Shown: positions 15,426 to 25,235, counted from the first letter of the stretch. The stretch is DNA of 53,238 bases from an uncultured Clostridia bacterium (GCA_947596225.1 CANQEX010000001.1:1-53238), one strand, 5' to 3'. Notes: generated by a model not told the origin, from the letters alone. Numbers and translations: made by a program.

Positions 15426-17285
15426 ATGAATAATAACGGAATAGAAGATATTTTAATAGGTGCCAGTTATAATAGTACAAATAAAAAAAAGAAAAAAGGT
15501 ATTATAATTTTTTTTATTATTTTAATATTGATATTAGCAGGACTTATTTTTGCATATTTTTATATTAAAAATAATGAAAAGTCAAAAAAAGAAGTTTTTA
15601 TAAATTACCTATCAAATGCAAATATTATAAATATATTTTCAAACAATATTTATGAAGATATTTGTAATAAAATGTTAACTGAAAATAGTGAAACAACTAA
15701 TAATTTAAAATTTTCTACTAATATAGAAAATAATACTTTAGAAGGAATTGATGAAAGCAAATTTATATTAGATATAAATACAAAAAATGATATAAATAAA
15801 AATAAAAGTTATGGAGAAATTGAATTAAATTATTCAGGAAATGATATATTAAAATTAAATTATATATCAAACAAAAATGAAGCAGGTCTTTTTTCAAATG
15901 AAATTTCAGATAAATATATAGGAGTTCATTATGATAAAATAAAAGATGTTTTTGGAATTGATTTTAATTCAAATGAAATTGATAATATATTAAATTCACC
16001 AAAAATAAACTTATCAACAGATAAAAGAAATGAGTATTTAAAAAAATATTTTAATACAATTATTACAAATTTAACAGAAGAAGAGTTTTCAGTACAAGAA
16101 AATTTTTTACTTGAGAAAGATTCTGAAACTATATCTGTTACTTCACACACACTAACATTAACCCAACAACAATTAAATGATTTATTAGTTAAAGTATTAG
16201 AAGAACTAAAAAATGATGATGAATTAATAAATTTAATAACTTCAGATTCACAGAATGAGAGAATAGATGATGAAGAAATAGAAGAAGAGATTGATGATTC
16301 AAATAAATTTATAGAAAATGCAATAAATGTGTTATTAGGTAAAAAAATTAATATAACCTCTCAAGAATTTAAACAAGAAATAGAAGATGAAATTAATACA
16401 GTAAAAAATTTAAGTGGAGATGGTATAAAACTAACAATTTATGCAAATGAAGATAAAGTAGAAAAGATTACTATTGTATTATCTGAAGATAATACAATAG
16501 ATTTAGAAATATTAAATAATACAGATAATGAAAATAATATTAAAATAACATGTTTATATAAAAATAACAGTATTTTTAATAATGATAAAACAGATTATTC
16601 AAGAGAGGATATTGAGGCTCAAAGCGAAAATTTAGAAAATAAAACAAATGGATTTTCACTAGAATTGAAAAAAGTACAAAATGAAGCAAGCACAACTATT
16701 GATGCAATATATAGTTTTATTGAGGATGAAAAAATTAATAAAAAAATATCTTTAAATATTAATACTAATGGAAAACAAAATTCTAATAATTATAAAAATG
16801 ATATAGTTATAACTTATTCAAGTAGTGAAGGTGAAATAAAGATTATATTAGATAATAATATAAATTTTGATGTAAATCCTGAAATAGAAGATTTAACAGA
16901 AGAAAATTGTTTGTTTTTAGACAATTTATCACCAGAAGAACTTGATCAAACTAAGGTAGATATAACAAATAAATTAATTGATTTATATAATAACAAAATA
17001 GAAGAATTTGATTTCTTAGATGCAAATGTACATGCATCTACAATAGATAAAGCATCTTTAAATATAACTAGAAATGAAGCAAAACAAGCTTTAATAAATA
17101 GAGTTTCAATAATGATGAGGGAAGCTTTAGATAGAAATGAAGAATTTACACTTCAAAATCTAGTTGATTTATCAATAGAAGGATATGAAGTATCTTCTAC
17201 TGTTACAGAAAGTGAAGCAATAGTAGTTGTTGATGTATATACATTTAGAATTGATTCAGATTTTATATTAACAGATGTTGAATAA
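15426..17285 (+). CDS. Membrane-anchored hypothetical protein (619 aa, Asn/Glu/Ile-rich)
   Basis: Lys-rich leader (KKKKKG) plus one TM (IIIFFIILILILAGLIFAYFYI). Long uninterrupted ORF, RBS agtgaggga. No recognisable domain. Confidence 0.7.
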   Translation: MNNNGIEDILIGASYNSTNKKKKKGIIIFFIILILILAGLIFAYFYIKNNEKSKKEVFINYLSNANIINIFSNNIYEDICNKMLTENSETTNNLKFSTNIENNTLEGIDESKFILDINTKNDINKNKSYGEIELNYSGNDILKLNYISNKNEAGLFSNEISDKYIGVHYDKIKDVFGIDFNSNEIDNILNSPKINLSTDKRNEYLKKYFNTIITNLTEEEFSVQENFLLEKDSETISVTSHTLTLTQQQLNDLLVKVLEELKNDDELINLITSDSQNERIDDEEIEEEIDDSNKFIENAINVLLGKKINITSQEFKQEIEDEINTVKNLSGDGIKLTIYANEDKVEKITIVLSEDNTIDLEILNNTDNENNIKITCLYKNNSIFNNDKTDYSREDIEAQSENLENKTNGFSLELKKVQNEASTTIDAIYSFIEDEKINKKISLNINTNGKQNSNNYKNDIVITYSSSEGEIKIILDNNINFDVNPEIEDLTEENCLFLDNLSPEELDQTKVDITNKLIDLYNNKIEEFDFLDANVHASTIDKASLNITRNEAKQALINRVSIMMREALDRNEEFTLQNLVDLSIEGYEVSSTVTESEAIVVVDVYTFRIDSDFILTDVE

Positions 17286-17308
17286 TATATTCTAAAGAGG
17301 AGATAAAT

Positions 17309-18287
17309 ATGGAAAAAAAGAAAAAGAAATTAAATGTAAAAAGAATAATTGTGCTAATTGTTTTATTAATAATTTGTATATTAATTTTATTTGGTTTAGT
17401 TACTTTAGTAAAAAAAGTTTTTTCTAAAGAAAAGTCTGTTGGAAATTTAGCTAATACAGGTCTTGTTTTTGAAACAAAAGATGCTGTATATTATAATAAA
17501 TATGATAAAGGAATTGTAAAAGTTAATAAAAAGCGGTAAAGAAACGCAAATTACGGAAGAAAGTGCATCATCAATAACAGTTGTAGATGATACTATATAT
17601 TATTTAACTGTTTCTAGTTCAAACACAATAGAATTAAAATCTATAAAAACGAATGGTGAAGATTTAAAAAATGTGGTAACTTTATATACACCTATTAATA
17701 AATTTTATATAGATAAAGGATATTTGTATTATATATCTAATAAAGATAAACAAGGAATAGCAAAACTTTCGTTAGAAACAAGAGAAGAACAAATAATTAC
17801 TTTATCAAATATACAAGATTTTGTATTAGATGATGGAATAATATATTTTGTAGATACAGCTGGTTTTTTACATTCAATAGAAACAAATGGAGCTAATTTT
17901 AAAGATATAACAAAAGATTATTCTATTAAAAAAATACAAATTCTAAATAATTGGATATATTTCTATAATCAAAAAGATAATTGCTTATGTAAAATAAATA
18001 AAAGTGGTTCTAAAGTAAAAACAATATCTACATTTGTAAATAATGAAATATATAATGTAACAAATAAATATATTTATTATTTTGATTCTATAGATAAAAA
18101 AATATGTAGAACTAATCTAAAAGGCAAAAAATCAAAAGCTTTAGTAACTGTAACTACCGAAAGACCAAAAATAAATATAGCTAATGGAATTGTATATTAT
18201 TTAGATAATAGTAAAGATGAAAGTCAACTATATCAAATGTATAGAGTAAAGAAAAATGGATCTGAAGCAAAATCAATAGATTACTAA
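17309..18287 (+). pseudogene. DUF5050-like beta-propeller repeat protein, membrane anchored, split by a frameshift at an A-run (17520-17539)
   Basis: ORF 17309..17539 (leader, TM, ..DAVYYNKYDKGIVKVNKKR*) switches to the frame open from 17520 (..KSGKETQITEESASSITVVDDTIYYL..). That frame carries repeated (I/L)YY...K...(N/D)G(S/A) units. The listed 17673 start is an internal Met. Confidence 0.65.
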
Positions 18288-18294
18288 TAAAACC

Positions 18295-18323
18295 TTGACA
18301 ATCTTAACTCTTAAATATATAAA
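18295..18323 (+). promoter_or_regulatory. Candidate sigma-A promoter
   Basis: TTGACA (18295-18300), 17 nt, TATAAA (18318-18323), upstream of the small ORF at 18349. Confidence 0.45.
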
Positions 18324-18348
18324 TAAAATATAAAATTTGGAGGAGCCT

Positions 18349-18489
18349 ATGAAATTAGGAACTGTTGTATATAATAATAAAATTTATAATTTAGATTATA
18401 TGACAACTGATGAAATGATGGAGCTTTTGAAAAGAATTTCAGAAGAAAAAAAACAAAGTTTTGATGAAGCTAAAAAAATTATAAAATAA
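18349..18489 (+). CDS. Small hypothetical protein (46 aa), not in the ORF track
   Basis: GGAGG lies 6 nt upstream of the ATG. Product: MKLGTVVYNNKIYNLDYMTTDEMMELLKRISEEKKQSFDEAKKIIK. Confidence 0.5.
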   Translation: MKLGTVVYNNKIYNLDYMTTDEMMELLKRISEEKKQSFDEAKKIIK

Positions 18490-18502
18490 AGGGGGCATTA
18501 CT

Positions 18503-19387
18503 TTGGAATATGAAAATGCACAAGAAAAGTGTGAAAAATTAAAAAAACTATATGATGAATCTGAAGGAAAAATAAAAACTGAAGCAATGGTAAGATATGC
18601 TTTTATAAATAAAACTTCGCAAGAAACAGTAAATGATAAAGTAAATGCTCAAATGAATTCTATAATGGTTGGAATCCATGAAATAAATCCTAAATTTAAA
18701 GAAGGTTCTAAAAATTATGATGCAACTAAAAAAAGAGTTACAGAGATTTTAGCTGAATATGAACAAACATTAATAGAATTAAGTGAATTTTATGATGGAA
18801 AAATAGAACAATTAATATTAAGAAAAGTAGAATTAGAAGCAAATTTAGTTGGTTGTATTTTAAATGAAGAATATTTAAAACAAAGAATTATAAAAAAGAA
18901 TAAACAAAAAGATAATGATTTTGTAAAAAGATCTGTTAAAGATAATATAAAAATAGCAATAGAAAAAATAAAAAATCAAAGGGAAAATAATCAAAAAATA
19001 GATCCTATGGATATTTCAAAATTATTAGATCAACAAGATGTTGTTATTGAACTAGACCAAAAACTTTCAGATAGAATTGAAAAATCTGTAAGAGATGAAA
19101 AAGACAATAAAGATTTTATTAAAAAAATAGAAAAAGAAATTTCTATGATTAATTCAGAAATAGATAGAATTAATGGAAGAAAGAAAGATTCAATTTATGA
19201 AGCAATGGAAGTAGGTAGTAGAGCTATAACAACAAATATTCGTAGACCTAGAGTATTTAATAAAATAACGAGATTTTTTGTTAGTAGATTTAATACAGCA
19301 AAAATTATAGAAACAACAATTATAAAACCATTAGTTATTAGAATAGAAAATTTTAGAAATAATGAACTTGCTGGTATGAAAGGCTAA
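18503..19387 (+). CDS. Coiled-coil hypothetical protein (294 aa), TTG start
   Basis: RBS aaaggggg upstream of TTG. Lys/Glu-rich heptad-like sequence throughout. No recognisable domain. Confidence 0.6.
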   Translation: MEYENAQEKCEKLKKLYDESEGKIKTEAMVRYAFINKTSQETVNDKVNAQMNSIMVGIHEINPKFKEGSKNYDATKKRVTEILAEYEQTLIELSEFYDGKIEQLILRKVELEANLVGCILNEEYLKQRIIKKNKQKDNDFVKRSVKDNIKIAIEKIKNQRENNQKIDPMDISKLLDQQDVVIELDQKLSDRIEKSVRDEKDNKDFIKKIEKEISMINSEIDRINGRKKDSIYEAMEVGSRAITTNIRRPRVFNKITRFFVSRFNTAKIIETTIIKPLVIRIENFRNNELAGMKG

Positions 19388-19415
19388 TATACATATAAAA
19401 GGATGTGTTTAGGTT

Positions 19416-19592
19416 ATGATAAAAGATTTTAGTAGTGAAGTAGAGAAGTCATATAAAAATGGAATAAAACCATATGAAAAAGCTATTAAGGCAATAAGTG
19501 GACAAGCTAGTGAAATAGAAAATTTAAGAAGATTAAGTGAAGAAATTGATAGAAAAGCAGGAATTTCAAGAGACTCAGAAAAAGAAATTTAA
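19416..19592 (+). CDS. Small hypothetical protein (58 aa), not in the ORF track
   Basis: The ATG at 19416 has only a weak RBS (taggt). Product: MIKDFSSEVEKSYKNGIKPYEKAIKAISGQASEIENLRRLSEEIDRKAGISRDSEKEI. Confidence 0.35.
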   Translation: MIKDFSSEVEKSYKNGIKPYEKAIKAISGQASEIENLRRLSEEIDRKAGISRDSEKEI

Positions 19593-19598
19593 AATCAC

Positions 19599-19627
19599 TT
19601 GAAATTTTAATAAAAATGTGTTATATT
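19599..19627 (+). promoter_or_regulatory. Candidate sigma-A promoter of the pheST leader
   Basis: TTGAAA (19599-19604), a 17-nt spacer ending TGt, TATATT (19622-19627). Confidence 0.5.
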
Positions 19628-19639
19628 ATTATACATATA

Positions 19640-19897
19640 TTAAACCGTTATTAAAAAGCAAAGTAGGTAAATATAAAAATATATTAAAGAGAAAACAAAT
19701 AATTTGCTGAAAATTTGTTTATATATAATTTACTGAAATTTCACTTTTGAGGTTCTTATAGTGAAGTAATAGTAGCTATAAGCGTTTGTTACGTTATAAC
19801 TATAATGAGGTTAATCTTAATAAAAATAAATTTATTAGTTTAATGAAATTAGGTGGTAACACGTATATATTCGTCCTATGTTTATAGGGCGATTTTT
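19640..19897 (+). promoter_or_regulatory. T-box riboswitch leader (Phe specifier) with terminator/antiterminator
   Basis: Conserved T-box sequence aaattaGGTGGTAACACGT at 19846-19864. Terminator tcgtcctat gttt atagggcga tttttt at 19871-19897. AGAGA and AGTA elements upstream. Candidate specifier UUC followed by A at 19738-19741. Directly upstream of pheS. Confidence 0.8.
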
Positions 19898-19915
19898 TAT
19901 TTAGGAGGGGAAAAA

Positions 19916-20965
19916 ATGAAAGAAAAAATTGAAAATATTCGAAATTCTGCAAAAAATAAAATTGATGAAATTAAAAATTTGCAAGAGTTACAAGAATTAA
20001 AAGTTAAATTATTAGGTAAGAAAAGTGAATTATCTGATCTTTTAAAAGGGTTAGGAGCACTTGCTAAAGAAGAAAGACCAAAAGTAGGAAGTTTAGTAAA
20101 TGATGCTAGAAAAGAGTTGGAAGAAAAATTTTCAGAAGCTGAAAAAAAATTAAAAGATAAAGCAATGGCTCAAAAATTAGAAAAAGAAAAAATTGATATA
20201 ACAGCACCAAGTACTAAAATAATAAGAGGAAGTAAACATCCTTTAAACAGAATTATTGAAGAAATTCAAGATATATTTGTTTCAATGGGATATGATGTTG
20301 TAGATGGACCAGAACTTGAAACAGATGAATTTTGTTTTGAAAGACTAAATCTTCCAAAAGGCCATCCAGCAAGAGATATGCAAGACAGCTTATATATAAC
20401 AGATGAATATTTATTAAGAACTCAAACTTCTGCAGTTCAAGCAAGAACAATGCTTGCAAATAAAGAGAAAACACCAATAAGAATGATTTGTACAGGAAAA
20501 ACATATAGAAGAGAAGATGATGCTACTCATTCTCATCAATTTAATCAAGTTGAAGGATTAGTTATAGACTATAAAGATAAAAACACTTCTCTTGCAGACT
20601 TAAAAGGAACATTAGAAATTTTTATGAGAAAAATTTTAGGTGAAAATACACAGTTAAGATTCAGACCAAGTTATTTCCCATTTACAGAGCCATCTTATGA
20701 AGTTGATGTAACATGTTTTAAATGTGGCGGAAAAGGTTGCCCTCTTTGTAAAAAAACTGGATGGATTGAACTTTTAGGTTCAGGAATGGTTCATCCAAGA
20801 GTTTTAGAAATGAATGGATATGATCCAGATAAATATTCAGGTTTTGCATTTGGAACTGGAATTGATAGATTAGCTATGTTTAAATATGGAATTACTGATA
20901 TGAGATATTTATACACTAATGATGTAAGATTCTTAAAACAATTTGATAGACAAGATAAAGATTAA
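19916..20965 (+). CDS. pheS: Phenylalanine--tRNA ligase alpha subunit
   Basis: MKEKIENI.., with class II aaRS motifs ([34 protein letters not shown]). The ATG at 19916 follows ggagggg. The track's GTG at 19853 lies inside the T-box. Confidence 0.93.
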   Translation: MKEKIENIRNSAKNKIDEIKNLQELQELKVKLLGKKSELSDLLKGLGALAKEERPKVGSLVNDARKELEEKFSEAEKKLKDKAMAQKLEKEKIDITAPSTKIIRGSKHPLNRIIEEIQDIFVSMGYDVVDGPELETDEFCFERLNLPKGHPARDMQDSLYITDEYLLRTQTSAVQARTMLANKEKTPIRMICTGKTYRREDDATHSHQFNQVEGLVIDYKDKNTSLADLKGTLEIFMRKILGENTQLRFRPSYFPFTEPSYEVDVTCFKCGGKGCPLCKKTGWIELLGSGMVHPRVLEMNGYDPDKYSGFAFGTGIDRLAMFKYGITDMRYLYTNDVRFLKQFDRQDKD

Positions 20966-20986
20966 TAAAATGAAGGGAGAAATAAA

Positions 20987-23356
20987 ATGATATTAAGTAG
21001 AAATTTCTTAAAAGATTATGTTGATATAGATGAAAGTATAGATATAAAAACTTTAGCAGAAGATATGACTAGAGTTGGTAATGAATATGATTCAGCTGAA
21101 AAATTAGTTCCAGCTACAAAACTTGTAATTGGAAAAGTTTTAGAATGTGAAAATCATCCAGATTCAGATCATTTACATTGTTGCAAAGTTGATGTAGGTA
21201 ATGAAGTTTTAAATATTGTTTGTGGTGCACCAAATGTAAAAGCTGGAATTAAAGTTATAGTTTCTTTAGCAGGAGCTGAGCTACCAGATGGAGTAATTAA
21301 AAAAGGAATAATTAGAGGTCAAGAATCTAATGGAATGATATGTGCATTATATGAAATAGGAATAGATAAAAAATTCTTATCTGAAGAAGATAAAAATGGA
21401 ATTCATATATTAGATGATAATGCACCAGTTGGAAAAGATCCAATAGAATATCTTAAATTAAATGATGAAGTAATAGATTTTGAACTTACAGCAAATAGAG
21501 GTGATTTACTAAGTATATTAGGAATGGCATATGAAGTAGGAGCTATATATGATAAAAAAGTTAAATTACCAAATTTAACTCATAATGAATCAGGTGAAGA
21601 TTTAAATAAAACTTTTTCTGTTAAAGTAAATACTGAAAATTGTACATTATTTATAGCAAGAAAAGTATTAAATGTAAAAATTAAAGAAAGTCCTGATTTT
21701 ATAAAAAATAGATTAATTGCTTCTGGAATTAGACCAATAAATAATGTAGTAGATATAAGTAATTATGTAATGTTAGAATTAGGGCAACCATTACACTTTT
21801 ATGATGCAGATAGGTTAGGAAATGTTATTGAAACTAGAATGGCTGAAAACGGTGAAATTCTAACAACTTTAGATGGAAATAAACGTAAATTAGAAGAAAC
21901 AGATATTGTTATATCAGATGGTAAAAGAGCAATAGGATTAGCAGGAGTTATGGGAGGTTTAGATACTGAAATAGAAGAAACTACAAAAAATGTTTTAATT
22001 GAATCTGCTATATTTGATAGAATAAAAATTAGAAAAACATCAAATAAAATACTTAGAAGTGAAGCAAGTAATCGTTTTGAAAAAGGATTAGATTCAAATA
22101 GAACTTATATGGCTATGGAAAGAGCAGTTAAGTTATTAGAAGAATATGCAGATGGTGAAGTTCAAACAGGAAAAGTAGTTTATGATGTAACAGAAAATAA
22201 AGAAAAGAAGATTAATATAACAACTCAAGATATAAATAGTTTATTAGGAACTAATATTAATAAAGAAGAAACATTAGAAGTATTTAGAAAATTAGGTTTT
22301 GAAACAAATGTAAATGGAGAAATAATTACAGTAACTGTTCCTACAAGAAGAATTGATATTTCAATAAAAGAAGATTTAATTGAAGAAGTTGGTAGAATTT
22401 ATGGTGTTGATAATATTGAAGGAAAATTACCTGAAACACCAATAAAAATGGGTTATGTAGATAAAACAGATAGAGAAATTAGAAATAAAATGATTTCACT
22501 TGGTTTAAATGAAACATTATCATATGTTTTAATTAATGATAAAGATGTTCATAAATATACAAAAGATGAGTTTGAAGAGTTGAAGTTATTAGATCCAATG
22601 ACAGAAGAAAGAAATGTTTTAAGATATAGTTTAATACCTTCATTATACAAAATTTATGAATATAATAAAGCACATTATATAAAAGATGTATGTATTTTTG
22701 AAATAGGAAAAGGTTTTTGGAAAAAAGAAGAAAAATATGGAGAAAACAAAAAACTTTGTGCTTTAATGACAGGTGAATATTATTTAGGAATAGATGTAAA
22801 AAAATCTGTTGATTTTTATATTATAAAAGGAGTAGTTGAAGAGGTTTTAGATTATTTAGGATATCAAAATAGATATAGTTTTGTTATGCCAAAACAAAAT
22901 ATAGAAGAATTTCATCCAGGTCAAGTTGCTGAAATTAGTGTAAATGGAGATATAGTTGGTATAATTGGAAGAATTCATCCTGAAATTTCAAAAGAAGCAG
23001 TTTATGTTTTTGAAATTAATTTAGATAAATTATTAGATAAAAAAGTATCAAAAATGAAATTTAAAGATATTTCAATTTATCCAACAGTAAATAAAGATAT
23101 AGCTATTATGATAGATAAAGAAATAACAGTTGATGAAATTTCAAAAGTTATAAAAAAAGCTGGTGGAAATTTACTTACAAATTATAAAGTATTTGATATT
23201 TATACAAATTCTACTTTAGGTAATAAAAAGAGTGTTGCATATTCTTTAACATTTGGATCAAACTCAAAAACATTAACAGATGATGAAATTAATCCAATAA
23301 TAGAAAAAATTGTTAATTCACTTGAAAAAACATTTAAAGCAGAATTAAGAAAATAA
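20987..23356 (+). CDS. pheT: Phenylalanine--tRNA ligase beta subunit
   Basis: 789 aa. N-terminal tRNA-binding domain (KLVIGKVLECENHPDSDHLHCCKVDVG), B3/4, B5 and a C-terminal FDX-ACB-like end. Follows pheS by 21 nt. Confidence 0.93.
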   Translation: MILSRNFLKDYVDIDESIDIKTLAEDMTRVGNEYDSAEKLVPATKLVIGKVLECENHPDSDHLHCCKVDVGNEVLNIVCGAPNVKAGIKVIVSLAGAELPDGVIKKGIIRGQESNGMICALYEIGIDKKFLSEEDKNGIHILDDNAPVGKDPIEYLKLNDEVIDFELTANRGDLLSILGMAYEVGAIYDKKVKLPNLTHNESGEDLNKTFSVKVNTENCTLFIARKVLNVKIKESPDFIKNRLIASGIRPINNVVDISNYVMLELGQPLHFYDADRLGNVIETRMAENGEILTTLDGNKRKLEETDIVISDGKRAIGLAGVMGGLDTEIEETTKNVLIESAIFDRIKIRKTSNKILRSEASNRFEKGLDSNRTYMAMERAVKLLEEYADGEVQTGKVVYDVTENKEKKINITTQDINSLLGTNINKEETLEVFRKLGFETNVNGEIITVTVPTRRIDISIKEDLIEEVGRIYGVDNIEGKLPETPIKMGYVDKTDREIRNKMISLGLNETLSYVLINDKDVHKYTKDEFEELKLLDPMTEERNVLRYSLIPSLYKIYEYNKAHYIKDVCIFEIGKGFWKKEEKYGENKKLCALMTGEYYLGIDVKKSVDFYIIKGVVEEVLDYLGYQNRYSFVMPKQNIEEFHPGQVAEISVNGDIVGIIGRIHPEISKEAVYVFEINLDKLLDKKVSKMKFKDISIYPTVNKDIAIMIDKEITVDEISKVIKKAGGNLLTNYKVFDIYTNSTLGNKKSVAYSLTFGSNSKTLTDDEINPIIEKIVNSLEKTFKAELRK

Positions 23357-23363
23357 TATAAAA

Positions 23364-23549
23364 TTTGAAAAGCACTAAAAATAAACTTTCTTCAGCTCAA
23401 TGCATTCATTATAGATTCTAAAAAAATTAAAATGAGCCTCTCGCTGTTCTAGCTTCGCTAGCCATCGCTTCCTCATTTTAATTTTTAAAGAATCTATACA
23501 CTCATTCCAATCGCATTTCAGAAAGTTTACTTTTAAGTGCTTTTTCAAA
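23364..23549. repeat. 186-nt imperfect inverted repeat (long hairpin) downstream of pheT
   Basis: The left arm (23364-23436) pairs with the right arm (23472-23549): tttgaaaagcact..aaactttct and tagattct..aaaaattaaaatgag pair with their complements. An internal mismatched segment of about 20 nt lies in each arm. The relatively GC-rich centre contains ctagc ttc gctag. Confidence 0.7.
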
Positions 23550-23611
23550 TATAATAATATAAATTTAATTATTAACTGATTTTTTCCATTTTATTAATCT
23601 GTTTTTAGGGG

Positions 23612-23640
23612 TTGACCTATAAATTCATTAAGGTTATAAT
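23612..23640 (+). promoter_or_regulatory. Candidate sigma-A promoter of the GH25 gene
   Basis: TTGACC (23612-23617), 17 nt, TATAAT (23635-23640). Confidence 0.55.
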
Positions 23641-23671
23641 GTAAATGATATTATAAGTGAGGTTGATAAGA

Positions 23672-25189
23672 ATGAGAAAATCTAATTCAAATCTTTCTTT
23701 ACAAAAGAAAGTAGCAATTATAGCAATATCAACGATTATAATAGTTACGGGTATAGCTATATTTGCTTCAAAAAAATTAAACAATGAAACACAAGTTGTA
23801 AGTGCATCTACAAAAAATCTTTTAGTAGATGAAGAAGTAGTTCCAGAAGTTAAAGAAGAAGTTATAGTAGTAGCAAAAGATAAAACTATAGATGAATCTT
23901 TAAAAGAGGAAGTTACTTTTGAGGGAATGACAGTAGAAGTACCTAAATCTAAAGTTGCACCAAGAAAATCGTCTGAAGATCCTGAAAACAATAAAAAAAG
24001 AGGTGGTGCACAAGTATCACAAGCAGATACTGCTACAATGTTTGAAAATACAGGTGTAAAATCTTATGGTATAGATGTTTCATCATACCAAGATAATATA
24101 AATTGGGCTGCTGTAAGAGCTAGTGGAATAGACTTTGCAATTATTAGATGTGGCTTTAGAGGATATGGAACAGGCGAAATTAAAGAAGATGCTTGTTTTA
24201 AACAAAATGTAAATGGAGCTGTAGCAAATGGAGTCAAAGTAGGAATATATTTTTATTCAGCAGCTATAAATGAAACAGAAGCATTACAAGAAGCTATTTG
24301 GGTTACTCAAAAAATTTCAACATATAGAATTACTTATCCAGTTGTATATGATTTCGAAGAAATTAATAAACATAGATGTGCAGGTGTAGATGGAGCACAA
24401 GCTGCAAGAAATGCTTTAACATTCTTAAACTTTGTACAGTCAAATGGATATGAACCAATGATATATGCAAATAAAACTGATATAGCAAAAATGTCTAGAG
24501 GAAATTTCTCTTGTAAATTCTGGCTTGCTCATTATACTAAAGATGGTCAACCAACAGATTATACAGGAAGTCATCAAATGTGGCAATATACTAGTGAAGG
24601 ATCTGTTCCAGGAATTGCAGGAAGAGTTGATATGAATGTAGCATATTTTTCATATGGAGCTACTGCTAATGCAAAACATACACATAATTTCTCTGAATTA
24701 GTTAGAGGTTCATTAAAAGATTCAACATGTAAAGATAAAGGTTCAAAAACTATGAGATGTTCTTGTGGTGAAACACAAGTAGAAACAATTCCTTTAAAAG
24801 AACATACTTTTGGAGAATGGCAAGTATTTAAAGAAGCTACAGAAACAGAAGAAGGAATAATGAAAAGAGTTTGTTCAGGATGTCAAAAAGAAGAAACAAA
24901 ATCTATAGATAAATTAAAATCAAAAGTTGATAATAGTACTAATACTCAAAAACCTACAGATTCTACAGGATCAGAAGAAAAAACTCATGAACATGATTGG
25001 GTTGTAAAAAGTAGAAAAGAGGCTACTTGTGGAGAACCTGGTAGTATAGAATATGAATGCTCATGTGGCGAAAAGAAAACAGAAACAATTAATCCTACAG
25101 GAGAACATAAGTATGACCCAGAAACGGGAATATGTAGTGAATGTAATGCAAAAGATCCAAGTCATCAAGATCCTCCACCACAAGAATAA
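23672..25189 (+). CDS. Membrane-anchored GH25 muramidase (lysozyme) with two C-terminal Cys/His-rich modules
   Basis: GH25 signature YGIDVSSYQDNINWAAVRASGIDFAIIRCGFRG..GIYFYS..YDFE..WLAHY..WQYTSEGSVPGI.GRVDMN. N-terminal TM (VAIIAISTIIIVTGIAIFA). ATG 23672 lies 8 nt after tgagg (the track's GTG is at 23657). Confidence 0.85.
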   Translation: MRKSNSNLSLQKKVAIIAISTIIIVTGIAIFASKKLNNETQVVSASTKNLLVDEEVVPEVKEEVIVVAKDKTIDESLKEEVTFEGMTVEVPKSKVAPRKSSEDPENNKKRGGAQVSQADTATMFENTGVKSYGIDVSSYQDNINWAAVRASGIDFAIIRCGFRGYGTGEIKEDACFKQNVNGAVANGVKVGIYFYSAAINETEALQEAIWVTQKISTYRITYPVVYDFEEINKHRCAGVDGAQAARNALTFLNFVQSNGYEPMIYANKTDIAKMSRGNFSCKFWLAHYTKDGQPTDYTGSHQMWQYTSEGSVPGIAGRVDMNVAYFSYGATANAKHTHNFSELVRGSLKDSTCKDKGSKTMRCSCGETQVETIPLKEHTFGEWQVFKEATETEEGIMKRVCSGCQKEETKSIDKLKSKVDNSTNTQKPTDSTGSEEKTHEHDWVVKSRKEATCGEPGSIEYECSCGEKKTETINPTGEHKYDPETGICSECNAKDPSHQDPPPQE

Positions 25190-25201
25190 TGTATAATAAA
25201 C

Positions 25202-25232
25202 AGGAGCTTTAATTTATAAAGCTCCTTATTTG
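25202..25232. terminator. Bidirectional terminator between convergent genes
   Basis: aggagcttta atttat aaagctcct, flanked by A/T runs on both sides. Confidence 0.7.
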
Positions 25233-25235
25233 ATT

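Noticed and set aside
19853-19915. Upstream alternative starts produced by the longest-ORF rule: GTG 19853 for pheS, GTG 14978 for spoVG, TTG 30222 for transketolase, GTG 23657 for the GH25 gene, GTG 49502 for the ART-like gene.
   Set aside because: In each case an ATG with a well-spaced GGAGG-like RBS lies a few codons downstream. The extension also adds non-conserved residues or, for pheS, runs through the T-box and terminator.
23431-23476. Mini-ORFs in the centre of the long inverted repeat: plus strand MSLSLF, and a 33-codon minus-strand ORF starting opposite 23474-23476.
   Set aside because: There is no Shine-Dalgarno sequence in front of either. The length and composition are unremarkable. 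The palindrome itself explains why frames are open on both strands.
23617-23991. 124-aa minus-strand ORF opposite the start of the GH25 gene.
   Set aside because: It overlaps the promoter and N-terminal anchor of a gene with clear GH25 motifs. The product is Ser/Thr-rich low-complexity sequence. No RBS.
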